From NCBI GenBank assembly GCA_043228905.1, contig JBHGNT010000021.1, forward strand, positions 10,106,001 through 10,170,000: a DNA stretch of 64,000 nt. The letters run 5' to 3'. The first letter of the stretch is position 1; every line of letters begins with the position of its first letter. The DNA is from Azolla caroliniana. Its lineage: Eukaryota; Plantae; Polypodiophyta. The position numbers were made by a program, and so were the translations under genes. The notes under the pieces were generated by a model. The model was not told the DNA's origin. It saw only the letters and a program-made list of their open reading frames with translations, and searched no databases. Shown here piece after piece: positions 52,401-64,000 of this stretch.

Positions 52401-53764
52401 CCCACTCAATCTTGATCGGGCTTGTGTCCACCGTCACGTAGACGGGGACTCCCTTGCCATAAACCGCTTTACGGAGAGTTGGTGCCGCAGCAAGCGCCTC
52501 CTTCATCCTCCAGACTGACTCCGTGTGCTCCGTCCTCCACTCAAACCTACGCCCTTTCTTCAATAGCCCATGGAGCGGCTCCGCAACATGTGCGTAGTGC
52601 GGAACGTGCACGCCCCCAAGAATCTGCGGACCTCCGTAACCGACCCGCAGTCGTCCTTCATGGCGGAGATGGCTTCTACCTTTGCCGAAGACGGTTTCCT
52701 ACCGTAAGGCCCGCACAGGTGTCCGGCCACCAAGATCTCCGACTACCCGAACGCCGATTTTTCTCCGGAGAAGGTGAGTCGTGCACTCTCGAGCCTCTGC
52801 AGCACCTTCTCGCAATCGTTGATGTGGTTCATGACGAACCTCTGGCATCCGTCTGGCCCGACAGTCTCGTCCGCATCTTCCACCGGACACCCCTTTATCT
52901 GGATGTCGTCCAAGAATGACATGGTGATGTCCGGGATGCAGTCCCTCAGCACCTTGTTCATTGCAATCACCATATGCGCCACCGAATTCGTCCTACCTTG
53001 TGGTAGGGTACACATCTGTACTAGGCCGAGAGGAGTTCGCATCATCGTGATATCCCTGTTGTTACGGGCATGACCATATAATATCCCGTGGTAAGAATTT
53101 ACCGTAGTATTCTATACACGTGGATAAGTGTGAGGGTTAAATGAGAGTGTAAAGAAGGGGAGGATTACTTTTAATCCTCGGGATTGAGACAACCCATTAG
53201 GTCAAGTGTGAACTTGCCTGGGGGCCTTGGGTTTCGCTATAAATAAGAGGCCTAGCTACCCTCATTTGATCATCTTTTGACTACATCGAGACTATGCTCG
53301 TGTGGTGGGTCAACTCTTGTAGCGAGCGCGCCAGCACCAGGTACGACTCGACGCCACGGCGGTGGTATGGGACGCCGATCGAGGCTCGAGTCCGTCTCGA
53401 TCCCTTCGCTCGGGGGTGGTCGGGTGGATCGGCACCCTTCTTTCTCTTTCTCCTTTCTATCTTTCATTTCTTTATCCTTATCTTAAGCTTACATTAGTAC
53501 TATGATCTATAATATTTGGTATCAGATTTTTTTTTACTAATGTTTCTTTGTTTTTCATTTGTCTTTTGATTGATGCTGATCGATCGTTGTGCGGTTGGCC
53601 TTGATCCAGACAACGATCAACAAAGAACTTCGGTAACTCTTTCCATATTTTTTTTTTTCTATTCTCTTTTCTCCCATCTAATCATGTGTTTAGTTTATAT
53701 GTAATTTTTTTCATTAAGTCAATGATGTTGTAGTGGTCTTTAATTGATTATCTAAAACGTTTAC

Positions 53765-54030
53765 ATATGTGCACGAGGTCAATACCTCGTTTGACATATT
53801 AATAATATGTGATGAGTGTCGTATGCGTACGAGGTTAATACCTCAATTACATATTACGTTCACGAACATATGTTACGTTTGCGTATGAGTTTAATACCTT
53901 GATTTGTTGTAAACGATATGCGTTTGGTCTCGTATGCGTAAGGGGTCAATACCTCCATTGCGTATTACGATGATCTCTTATTTGTGGATGTTTCGTGTGC
54001 GTAGAGGTATATACCTCGATTACGTATCTC
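53765..54030. repeat. Five about 56-bp tandem hairpin repeats in the chromovirus leader
   Basis: GAGGT-N4-ACCTC-like cores at 53775, 53831, 53887, 53942 and 54004. Confidence 0.8.
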
Positions 54031-55202
54031 GATCACATCATTTGTGGCTATTTACTATAACGATATGTTGAATATAGGCATATGTGGTCACATATATACG
54101 TATTTGATCGTATATATGTGATAAGTAAACATATGTGTATATTCGTTATTACGTGATTATATCGAAAGTTGTCATGATCGGGAAAAGGATGTTGGTGGCC
54201 GTCCTCACATTTTTGTGAGAATGGTGTTGTCACCATCCCTTTTTCAACATTTTTTTTATTGTTGATAACCCCCTTGACGACCTCGATTTCGTTACGTAAA
54301 GAAACGCGAATAGCCAAAATGATGTTGAGTACGTAGGGCTTGACCCACTTTAAGTGAGGTCGCTCCAATGACGCACGTATCCAACATCCCTCCCTCGTTA
54401 CATGGACACGATGCCACCATGAGCTCGTTCTTACGAGAGGCATTCGTAATGACGTGACCATGTGATGGCCCACGTGAGCCTACTACGAAACAAGGGCTCA
54501 TTTGGCTTGACCATTAGGTTGCACTTTGGCGTATGCCATCGTAATTACGAGACTTGAGGTTAGGTAACGTACCAACATAGTTTTGGTAAATGAGGGCGAA
54601 ATAAGGACCTTGACATATATGTTCTTTTAAAAAAACATATATGATCAATTGCCTCGCATATCTCTTATACGCATCAAACATTAAGCATTCGAGAAGAGCA
54701 ACTTACTTGGTTGGCTCAAGTGTTTAATGTATTTGTTCTCGAGGTCTCGAGTTCAAATATGACCAAGACCATACAACATCCTTGATACATATGACTATAA
54801 CACATGTTTAGACTTAAGGTCTAAGTGCACCTCGGGGTCCTCGTAATAGGACTTAAAGAGCCGAAACCACTTATGTGGGCACCGAAACATAGTTTATTGT
54901 TAACATTTTCGTGTATAAACTATTCATGACGCGAACATACATGGTTGAGCCTCGGGGAGCCACCATGAAAAAATTGATATAGAGATCAGGGAAAGACATT
55001 TATTTGTCACCCCCATGGTTTTTAAAACACCTTTGTGTTACCATAGTAACCTGATCTTGAACCTCATCTCATACGTCTAGAGGGGTATTGACGTGAGATA
55101 ATGATATCGATTAATGCTCGCCCATGATATGTTTACATCACGACATGATGTTATGACTATATCTCTGACCTTATCCTATTTCTTTTCCAGAAATAATCTT
55201 TA

Positions 55203-58200
55203 ATGGCTCAAATTAACGACCCGATGTCATCCGCTCAAGCGGAAGGAACTCAAGGGAATCCTCCTGGACAAATGTCCACTGAGATGTATTTGGCACAAAT
55301 AACCCAATTCCTTAGTTTCACCGCTCAACAGATGACCGAACTTCGGCAATCTCAGAGTGCTCTTGAGGCACGTGTCATTAGTCTACAACGTGAGACTAAT
55401 AGACCTGATGAGCGACAAGGTGAACCATCATTTGTCGTTAAGCCATTTACGGGAGACAAAAAGGAAAGAACCGAAGAAGCAATCTGCACATGGCTGGGAC
55501 GATGGGAGTCTCATTTTGAGCTCTATCCCACGCCAGATAGTACGAAGATTGCATATGTCGGCCGAGAACTTGGGGGTAAGGCCGCCGCCTGGTGGCGTGG
55601 CCTCCGTACTATGGGGAAATTGCCCGATACCTGGACAGATTTTGTCACGGTTTTTAAGGGCCAATTTCTGCAACCTCCCTCTCGAACCGAGGCAGCACAA
55701 GCTTTAATGAACCTCTCTAGCAGGAAATTTTCCTCGCTAGAAGACTATGTTCACCATGCTAGAACCCAATTCCAAAAATCGGGTCTAGAAGGGGACAATT
55801 GGTTAATAGCTTGTTTTGTCAATGGCATCCCCAATTCGGACTATCACTGGATAGTGCACGATAAGGATCCAAAATCCTTCGAAGAGGCCGTTGAAATAGT
55901 TCTTCGCTATCAACGCACTTCGAAGAAGGACCATAACAAACCCAACGAAGCGCCCGGGACTAAGCAGTCGCAATTTGTTGGGAAACGCAAGACACCCAAC
56001 GAATTCCTGGATCGCGATTGTAAGCGACAACATCCTTTTTGTGTATTCTGCAAAAAGAAGGGTCATACAAAAGATCAATGTCGAAAGCTCCAACGGAAAG
56101 AGCACGACAACAAAGCTAAAGCTGCAGACCATAAAGGTCAGATTCCTAATGTCCTTCAGGTCTATACACACCATTTAAGTAATTGTCAATGTTCTTTTCC
56201 TCACTATGTATTGGGTCCCAATGATTTACTACGTGCAAACGGGTATATCAATGGATCTCCCGTACAATTTTTATTTGATTCGGGAAGCTCACACAATTTT
56301 GTGAATGATCGTTTGGTTCAGATATGGGGAATCCAACCCACCGTAAGTGATCACACCTACACGGTGCACTTGGCTGATGGAAGAGTACAATACATCAACG
56401 GGGCGATTCATTCATTAGGAATTTCTATTGATACTTATATAGAGGAAGTAGACTTCCATGTAATGAATCTTTGTACCACCGATGTAATACTGGGGTATCC
56501 CTGGTTTTATAATAAAAACTCTTCTTTATTTATTGATTGGGTTCGTCATTCCATTTCTTTTGTACTGAACGATTGTACGCATTTTATTCAATGTGTAAAA
56601 AAACAATCCCTCTCGATTGTTTCCTCGTGTCCATCAATATCCGAGTTGTCTTGTTCTACGTTATTTTATTGTGTACTTGATCCGGACATTCACGTTTACA
56701 ATATCGATAATGTCCCGATTCAATTAACATATTTTGAACAACAACAACTTGATGAAATCTTAAATGATTTTCATGATGTTTTTCCAAGTGAACTACCTGA
56801 TGGGTTACCTCCTAAACGTAATATAGACCATCGTATAGATATTGTACCTGGTGTTGCACCAATAAGTATACCTCCGTATCGCTTAAGTCGATCCGAAGAA
56901 GATGAGGTATCTAAGCAACTCAGGGACTATTTACGAATGGGTTATATACGTTATAGTAAATCTCCATGGGGTGCACCAGTTCTCTTGGTTAAAAAGAAAG
57001 AGGGCACATGGCGTATGTGTATTAATTACCAACGCTTGAATAAAGTGACGATCAAGAATTCGTATCCATTGCCCCGGGCTGACGATCTAATTGACCGTCT
57101 CCAGGGAGCTCGGTATTTTACGAAACTTGATCTCCGTACTGGCTACCATCAAATACGAATAAGTGAGGACGATGTTCCTAAAACGGCATTTCGTACGCGC
57201 TATGGCCATTACGAGTTTTTGGTTATGCCTTTTGGTTTGACCAATGCTCCGGCTACTTTTCAACAAGAAATGAATGACATTTTCCGAGAACAACTTGGAA
57301 AATTTGTCGTTATTTTCTTGGATGATATTTTAGTTTATAGCCGTACATTACAAGAACATGCTAGACATGTCCGCTTTGTTTTACAAACATTGCGTGACAA
57401 ACAGTTTTATGCGAAGATCTCAAAATGTGAGTTCTTCAAGAAATCAATTACTTATCTAGGACATCTCATAACCGAACGAGGAGTTGAAATTGATCCTTCT
57501 CGCATTGAGAAAATCAAGCTTTGGCCCACTCTTCGGAATATTCGAGAAGTTCGATCATTCCTTGGTTTTGTGGGGTTTTTGCGGAAGTCTCTTCGTAATT
57601 ACTCCCAATTGACGACGCCGTTTACTGATCTTTTAAAAGGTCAAACGCGTAAGTCTACAAAACCTATTGTGTGGAATGCTACACTAGACCTTGCCTTTAA
57701 GGAACTCAAGGACCTGGTTTGCAAGGCTCCTTCACTTCTTTTACCCGATCCTTCAAAACCTTTTGAGGTTGAAACCGATGCCAGCGATTACGCTATAGGT
57801 GCTGTCTTGTATCAAGATGGTAAACCAATAGCATTCGAGAGTAAGAAACTTGATTCTGCTCAATGTCGGTATACCGTTCAAGAAAAGGAATTATTTGCAG
57901 TTATACATGCGCTCAAAACATGGCGCCATTATCTTTATGGAAATCACTTTGTGGTAACTACGAACCACGAGTCCTTGAAATATTTTTGTGACCAACAAGA
58001 CTTGAAAGGTCGTAAGGCACGATGGGCTGATCTCATCCAGGACTTTGATTTTTCCATACGATATCGTAAAGGTTCCATGAACACTGTCGCTGATGCACTA
58101 AGTCGCATCCGTGAAGTTAACATGCTTAGCTTCACTGAAATATCATCAGATCTTTATGATCACCTTCGAGGAAAGTATCCTGATGACAGTTATTTCGGAA

Positions 58201-59636
58201 AATACTGGGCAAGAGTTGAGTCTGGAACAGACACCACCACATCCTTGAAGGAATACTTCCACATTGCTAACGGTTTGCTCTACCGTAATGGGAAGGTTTG
58301 TGTTCCAGATTTACCCGAGGTCAAAAAGAGGATTCTTTTTGAATGCCATGATGCACCCTCAGCAGGGCACCCTGGAATACATCGTACACTCGTTCTCATC
58401 TCCACTCAATTTTATTGGCCTAAGATGCGTCCTGACATACATAGCTATGTGACTAAATGTCACCAGTGTCAGGTTAACAAAGCCGAGCGACTTAAAGCTG
58501 CAGGACTTTTACATCCCTTGGACATTCCCAATAATAAGTGGGAAAGTATATCCATGGATTTTATTGTTAGCCTTCCTCGCACCCAAAAAGGTCATGATGC
58601 CATCTGGGTTGTCGTTGATCGACTAACTAAAATGGCCAGATTTATTGCTACTAAAACCACGGTAACAGCTCCTGAATTGGCTTACCAATTCGTTGATGAA
58701 TTGTTTCGTTTTTATGGGTTACCGATGGATATCGTGAGTGATCGAGATCCAAAGTTTACTAGTGACTTCTGGACACAAGTCTTTAAGAAGTTAGAAACTA
58801 CGTTGAGCATGAGCTCCACGGATCATCCTCAATCCGATGGACAGACAGAACGAGTAAATCAAATTATTGAGGACATGCTTCGAGCATACGTTGGTGCAAA
58901 ACCAACAAAATGGGAACGTTATCTCCCAATTTTGGAGTTTGCTTATAACAGCTCCAAGCATACGTCGACGGGATATAGTCCTTTTATGTTGATGTATGGT
59001 TTTCAGCCACGAGCCCCGATTGATGTTAATATACATCATGATGAGTTGCGAAGTACGCAAAACTTTCTTCGGGATATGCAAGATATGTTGCATATTGCAC
59101 GGGATAATATAAAAACAGCTCAAGATAGAGCGCGTTTTTATGCCGATCATCATAGGCAACCTCGTGTATTCAACCTTGGACAGAAGGTATTTTTACGTGT
59201 ACCTCACAATTCTAAGACATTGTCTACGGGTAAGTGCGCTAAGTTAGCCCCACGGTTTTGTGGACCTTTTACAGTCCTCAAACGCATTGGGTCATCAGCC
59301 TATCGTCTCGCTCTTCCCGATGGTGTCGGAATTCATCCGGTCTTTCATGTGAGTCGTCTAAAAGAACTTCTAGGTTCTGGCGACAATACAGTTACGACTG
59401 AAACTCTGGTTACTTCTGAAGAATTATCTTCTAAACCACATGTACCAGAAAGAATTCTCGATGTTAAAACAAAAAAATTACGTACTAAAGAAATCCGAGA
59501 ATTCAAAATAAAATGGATGGATAAATCAATAAAAGATGCCACATGGGAACGCGAAAATACTCTTACAACTAACTTCCCTAACTTTCCATTGCAAGAGTGC
59601 AATGTTTTAAAGAGGGGGAGTATGTTACGGGCATGA
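55203..59636 (+). CDS. Chromovirus gag-pol polyprotein (gag, CCHC, PR, RT, RH, INT, chromodomain), 1477 aa
   Basis: [14 protein letters not shown]; LFDSGS; [12 protein letters not shown]; TDASD; HHCC plus SDRD and QSDGQTER; GPF; PERILD...KW...DATWE chromodomain. The stop codon lies inside the 3' LTR. Confidence 0.96.
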   Translation: MAQINDPMSSAQAEGTQGNPPGQMSTEMYLAQITQFLSFTAQQMTELRQSQSALEARVISLQRETNRPDERQGEPSFVVKPFTGDKKERTEEAICTWLGRWESHFELYPTPDSTKIAYVGRELGGKAAAWWRGLRTMGKLPDTWTDFVTVFKGQFLQPPSRTEAAQALMNLSSRKFSSLEDYVHHARTQFQKSGLEGDNWLIACFVNGIPNSDYHWIVHDKDPKSFEEAVEIVLRYQRTSKKDHNKPNEAPGTKQSQFVGKRKTPNEFLDRDCKRQHPFCVFCKKKGHTKDQCRKLQRKEHDNKAKAADHKGQIPNVLQVYTHHLSNCQCSFPHYVLGPNDLLRANGYINGSPVQFLFDSGSSHNFVNDRLVQIWGIQPTVSDHTYTVHLADGRVQYINGAIHSLGISIDTYIEEVDFHVMNLCTTDVILGYPWFYNKNSSLFIDWVRHSISFVLNDCTHFIQCVKKQSLSIVSSCPSISELSCSTLFYCVLDPDIHVYNIDNVPIQLTYFEQQQLDEILNDFHDVFPSELPDGLPPKRNIDHRIDIVPGVAPISIPPYRLSRSEEDEVSKQLRDYLRMGYIRYSKSPWGAPVLLVKKKEGTWRMCINYQRLNKVTIKNSYPLPRADDLIDRLQGARYFTKLDLRTGYHQIRISEDDVPKTAFRTRYGHYEFLVMPFGLTNAPATFQQEMNDIFREQLGKFVVIFLDDILVYSRTLQEHARHVRFVLQTLRDKQFYAKISKCEFFKKSITYLGHLITERGVEIDPSRIEKIKLWPTLRNIREVRSFLGFVGFLRKSLRNYSQLTTPFTDLLKGQTRKSTKPIVWNATLDLAFKELKDLVCKAPSLLLPDPSKPFEVETDASDYAIGAVLYQDGKPIAFESKKLDSAQCRYTVQEKELFAVIHALKTWRHYLYGNHFVVTTNHESLKYFCDQQDLKGRKARWADLIQDFDFSIRYRKGSMNTVADALSRIREVNMLSFTEISSDLYDHLRGKYPDDSYFGKYWARVESGTDTTTSLKEYFHIANGLLYRNGKVCVPDLPEVKKRILFECHDAPSAGHPGIHRTLVLISTQFYWPKMRPDIHSYVTKCHQCQVNKAERLKAAGLLHPLDIPNNKWESISMDFIVSLPRTQKGHDAIWVVVDRLTKMARFIATKTTVTAPELAYQFVDELFRFYGLPMDIVSDRDPKFTSDFWTQVFKKLETTLSMSSTDHPQSDGQTERVNQIIEDMLRAYVGAKPTKWERYLPILEFAYNSSKHTSTGYSPFMLMYGFQPRAPIDVNIHHDELRSTQNFLRDMQDMLHIARDNIKTAQDRARFYADHHRQPRVFNLGQKVFLRVPHNSKTLSTGKCAKLAPRFCGPFTVLKRIGSSAYRLALPDGVGIHPVFHVSRLKELLGSGDNTVTTETLVTSEELSSKPHVPERILDVKTKKLRTKEIREFKIKWMDKSIKDATWERENTLTTNFPNFPLQECNVLKRGSMLRA

Positions 59637-61072
59637 CCATATAATATCCCGTGGTAAGAATTTACCGTAGTATTCTATACACGTGGATAAGTGTGAGGGT
59701 TAAATGAGAGTGTAAAGAAGGGGAGGATTACTTTTAATCCTCGGGATTGAGACAACCCATTAGGTCAAGTGTGAACTTGCCTGGGGGCCTTGGGTTTCGC
59801 TATAAATAAGAGGCCTAGCTACCCTCATTTGATCATCTTTTGACTACATCGAGACTCTGCTCGTGTGGTGGGTCAACTCTTGTAGCGAGCGCGCCAGCAC
59901 CAGGTACGACTCGACGCCACGGCGGTGGTATGGGACGCCGATCGAGGCTCGAGTCCGTCTCGATCCCTTCGCTCGGGGGTGGTCGGGTGGATCGGCACCC
60001 TTCTTTCTCTTTCTCCTTTCTATCTTTCATTTCTTTATCCTTATCTTAAGCTTACATTAGTACTATGATCTATAATACCTGCTCTCCACGGCTAGCTGGA
60101 ACTGGTCGTACCCCGAGTATAAGTCACCGACCGAATAGATCGACCTTCCACCGAAGCCCTCCGCGAACTCGTCTATGGTTGGTCCGATTCCTGCATTATG
60201 AATGGTCACCCTATTGACCGGTTGCAGGTCCTGAATGAAGCGCAGCGTGCCGTTCTTCTTCGGCACCATAAACCATCGATTCGAATATGGGGCACTCGAT
60301 GGTTCGAGGATGCCCATCTCCACCTTTTGCTTCAGAAGCTCCATCAACTTCGGGATCTGAGCTCTCGGCACCGGAATCGGTTTGAGATTCCACGGTACAT
60401 GCGGTACCGTGAAGATCACCATCAGTTCGATGATCGTCAGGTCCACGCACCCGATCTCCTCCGGTGAGAACGCGAATGATTTCCCATGCCTTCCGAGCAT
60501 TCTCCGAAACCTGTCCTCCTCCGCCGGCAGTAGAAAGCCAACCCCACCGACCTTGAGCTCCCGTAGCGTTATGTCGGTGAACCAGTGCCCTATGCTAGCC
60601 GGATTCCGTAAACTTGGGTCCGACGCGATCCCTTTTATCCGCTCCTCGCTGCCCTCCGAAGAGGGTGCCGCGACTGGGCTCACCTTCCGGTCCACAGTCT
60701 TGTACTTTGTATCCACGCGGCCCGTCCGATCCGACCTGATCCTTTCACCGAAGTCCGCGATGACTTTGTACATTCCCATTGAACTAACCGGAATGGTCCG
60801 GTCTTCTCTAACGTCTTCACCGATCACCTTTCGCAACTCGCCCAAGGTGTCGTCAAAAGAGACCGCCTCCACGGCGCCGTTGATTTCTTTGTCGGGGGAG
60901 AGGACTCTACATCCCCTGAGCCACTCCTCCACTCGCTTCCTCTCCCGGCCGCTGATGCCGGCTATAGTACAACCTCCGTTTTCGGAGAACCAAAACTTCC
61001 TACCTACTGTACATGTGTGGGGTTCTTCCGGTACGTCCGGACTACCGCGGCCCCACGCCGTGATAGCCCTCT

Positions 61073-63183
61073 CTAAAAATCCCCTCGGATGTCGCCGCCG
61101 AGGGTCTCGCGATTCCTCTCATGGTTCGGACGTACGGTCATGAACTGGACGGAATGCCAACCGTCTTGGCTCTTGACGCGCGTGTACGCCGAACCATTGT
61201 CCAACACCTTCGTCTCCATGTGTGTTGCCGTAATGTACGGTTCACTGAGAATCACCGGGTGCGAGGATGTTTCCTGCACGAAGAAATGTTGATCTATCTC
61301 GACGTCACCGATCTTTACGCGTACATTCCGGCACGCACCATGCAGCTCCTCCGTAGCACGCGTTGGCGCGCGTATCTTCCACCCATGCTTGGTGTTGATC
61401 GGCCATTTACCCTTCTTGTAGAAATCCATGGACATCAGGTTGATTTCGAATCCATGGTCTACCAAGGCCACCATCGGTTCCTGAACGTCGTCGATCCGCA
61501 TAGGGGTTTCTGTAGTTGCCCTGGCCCAATGCGGCTTTGCGTAGTGGCTTTCCGCCAACTCTTCTTCTAGGGCCGTGTCTTCTAAGTGCGTAGTCCGCAC
61601 CTCCACCGGCTTCTCCGGTTCTGGCTCCGTCGAGAGCCTCTTCCGCTTCACCAAGTCTACGATGGAGTCGTGGAACTCCCTCTTGGCAATTCCCAGCACC
61701 TCCCGCAACGACAGCTCCACTTTACTGTCGAGGATCCGCTCTTCAAGGACCTTCCGTAGGACCGTTTCTCTCTCGATTTCGGTGCTCAACCGAAACCCCG
61801 CCTGCTTCTTCCCATCCGGCGCGCCTAGGTTGCCGACACCGGTCGGTTTTGGTCTGAACCGGGTCTCGTACCTCTACGGGAGATCGACCCCTCCGGCCTT
61901 TCCTGCCCGTTTGTCTTCCACCAGAACCTCGTAATTCTGGCAAGCGGCTTCTACGAAGCCCGTTTTCTCTTCGACCGGATCGTCCCATCCGGTGACCTCT
62001 TGGACCCGCTGTTCTGCGCGGTCTGCCTCTTCCTTCTTCAGCCGAACTCCGGAGAGGCTTTCTAGCACTAGCAGCTAGAATCCGGAGTCCTTCACCTTCT
62101 GGGTCTCATCACCCCTGACCCGAATTCCCGCCGACACTAAGTAGTTAACGGCTTCTACATGTCGTGTCGCGGCCTCTTCCATGAACCTCTTCATTCCGCC
62201 GCACCCCGTATTCAGTTCTAGGGCTCTCCGATTCTCGCTCGCGTGCACCCGCGCGTTCCAGAGGTACACCACGTTGGTATTGAGTGCTTTGGTGAAATCC
62301 GCGCAATCCTTCCAAATGTGACCGATCGTGTCATACCACATGCACCGTTGCCCAGCCGGCAGCCTCCAGTCGCGAGGTTGTTCGCCGCTGTCTCTCCGGG
62401 CCTATGCGATCTACAGGTCGCACACCATCTGTGTCAGCTCCTCCAGAGCCGCTCCTCCGGATGGGCCTTTGACCACGTCATTCGATGCCAACCCCGACTC
62501 CAGCCAAATTCGGGTCTCTTCCTTCCTACCGACTGGCACCGATATCGGCTCCTCGAGCCTCCTCGCCAGGACCGGTCCTGACTCCGACGAGCTTTCGTCG
62601 CTCCACTCGCGCCATTTGTCGAAACGGCTGCAGACCTGTTTTACCACGGCCTAGTCTGCCGTGAGCCCTTGGTCCATCTCCAATAGGGGACCCACCTTTT
62701 GCCTGTCAAGCGCATTCACCGACTTGACAAACAATAGTACTCGACTCGTTTCGAGCACGGTCCAGTCCAGAGTCGACAGCCGCGCGAATCATTTTTCGAA
62801 CTCCTGGAGGAGCACCGAGGTGTTCCTCCCCTTTCCGGAGCTTCCCACCCACGCCATGAAGTCCCGCCTCGACAGCCGAAGCGAGTCATCAAACCCGTAC
62901 TTCTTGAGGAGCTGCAGCTCAAACTCCTCCCAAGTTTGGCATCCGGCCAGCACCTCGAGCACCTCCGCATGGATGCTCGGCGTCACCACCCAAGGGAATC
63001 CGGACAGCCGCCTGTCCACCGGGATTTCCCTCATGATCATTTCGGCCCGGTAAGCCTCCAAATAACTTGTGGGATTCTTCCCACCGATTCAATGGCTATG
63101 TCGAGGGTACCCATCCCCTCGCGAGCGCTCACCAGCCAGTTGACGGCTACCGCCATTGCCTCTGTTAGCTCTGATCCCCTCAT
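61073..63183 (-). pseudogene. Gypsy E gag-protease
   Basis: ATG at 63183; zinc-knuckle remnant at about 62300; HWARATTET...ALVDHGFEINL protease homologous to element G. Confidence 0.8.
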
Positions 63184-64000
63184 CTTCTGACTCCTTTGCC
63201 GCCTGTTCACGTCGGGTTCACCAATTAGGTCGCGAAGTTTCGTGTAGGAAGAGGCGGGACCACGAGGGTCTTGGACCAAGGAGAGAGTGAGAGAGAAAGA
63301 GAGAGTTGCAGACACACAAAAAGAAAAGAAGATCAAGAAACAGGAATCCGATTACTATAATCAGTAGCTTACCACTCGAACGGTTACAACCGGCAAACCG
63401 GTAATGGACCTGACACAGGGTCCTACTCACGCACACAGACGACAGCCACTCGACTCAAAGAAACAAAAAAAAGCGGGGAGAGCCTCTGCTGGAAGCACAC
63501 GGACTGTCCACGAAGCAGAGGCAGCGAACTCCCGACACCCACAGAGAACGACGATCGGAGGAGAAGAGAGAGCTCGGCACTCAGTTCTGCAACAGCACTT
63601 CGTCCTCGCCAACGCGCGATCCCCTTTTCTCCCTTCTCTCCCTCCTTAAATAGTTTATTCCCTGACCCTTTTGACAGAGATGCACACAAATCCCCTAATA
63701 AATGTGTACTACCTAGTATTTACATCAGACGACCTAATTATGAATCATGTACAAAATATCAATTCTCGCATCCACCAATGTAAGAGCCGGTTCATGCGCC
63801 TTTTTCTCCGATTCCGCCTAGGGCCGGTTTTCTTCACGACACCGGCTCCTTCTGGCGTTGCTCCGCCTCGCTCACGTTCCTCGTCCGGTCCGGTCTTGTT
63901 TGCCGCAACCCTTCTGGTTCTGCGCACCTTGAACTCCTCGGTCAGCTTGACTGCTCAACAGGCCCATTTCAGCTCCCTCACTGTTGCGACTCCGGCGCTT

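Larger units (their letters stand above)
53060..60077 (+). mobile_element. Ty3/gypsy chromovirus F, very recent insertion
   Basis: 455-bp LTRs 53060-53514 and 59623-60077 with one visible substitution; TG..TA termini; TSD CCTGT/CCTGC; PBS TGGTATCAGA at 53517; PPT AGAGGGGGAG at 59611. Confidence 0.96.
50627..61080 (-). pseudogene. Gypsy E pol (RT-RH-INT), split by chromovirus F
   Basis: DLYSGYDQF (about 60100), LPQG..FLDD (about 52910), VTVDTSP RNase H, CKNCQ and NGKVERGH integrase, WFGPY motif. Confidence 0.88.
49974..63841 (-). mobile_element. Ty3/gypsy E: full length, degenerate, tRNA-Trp PBS, 4-bp TSD
   Basis: LTRs 49974-50557 and 63228-63841; PBS TGGTGAACCCGACGTGAA (reverse complement at 63206-63223); PPT reverse complement at 50558; TSD ACGG/CCGG. 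Confidence 0.92.
49459..64000 (-). mobile_element. Ty1/copia D: 3' LTR 49459-49903, PPT and 3' UTR; continues beyond the window
   Basis: CTCCCCCTC at 49904; 49912-49973 joined to 63842-64000 is the reverse-complement homologue of the copia A 3' UTR (48530-48745). Confidence 0.85.

Noticed and set aside
53765-54030. Hairpin repeats as a CRISPR array
   Set aside because: Repeats are degenerate and lie inside a retrotransposon leader; no cas genes.
54710-54775. A/B-box-like motifs in the chromovirus leader (also about 11400)
   Set aside because: Matches are too degenerate, with no tRNA fold or TSD.
60382-61143. 253-aa plus-strand ORF and similar antisense ORFs over pol regions
   Set aside because: Shadow frames of GC-rich retrotransposon coding sequence.

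Overview
Plant nuclear DNA, most likely a non-seed plant such as a fern (inferred from the transposon lineages; not provable here). About 85-90% of the window is transposable element. The one clear host gene is a two-exon SPOROCYTELESS/NOZZLE-like EAR repressor (SPEAR/TIE family; 6812-7573 + 7766-7894). The remainder has three parts. (1) Degraded Ty1/copia fragments, solo LTRs and a tRNA-derived SINE. (2) A DNA-transposon block at about 17-27.8 kb, with two back-to-back homologous pseudogenes (unknown domain + coiled coil + RING), each followed by an array of palindromic motifs, plus a piggyBac-like TIR element and a foldback element. (3) Two deep LTR-retrotransposon nests, 27.8-49.3 kb (5-6 layers) and 49.5-64 kb, the latter containing a very young chromovirus with an open 1477-aa polyprotein. 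Most notable: a tRNA-Trp-primed Ty3/gypsy lineage whose insertions all have 4-bp, CG-centred target sites and which carries a -1 frameshift signal, and the RING-gene/palindrome-array modules. All alignments were done by eye; no database searches were run.
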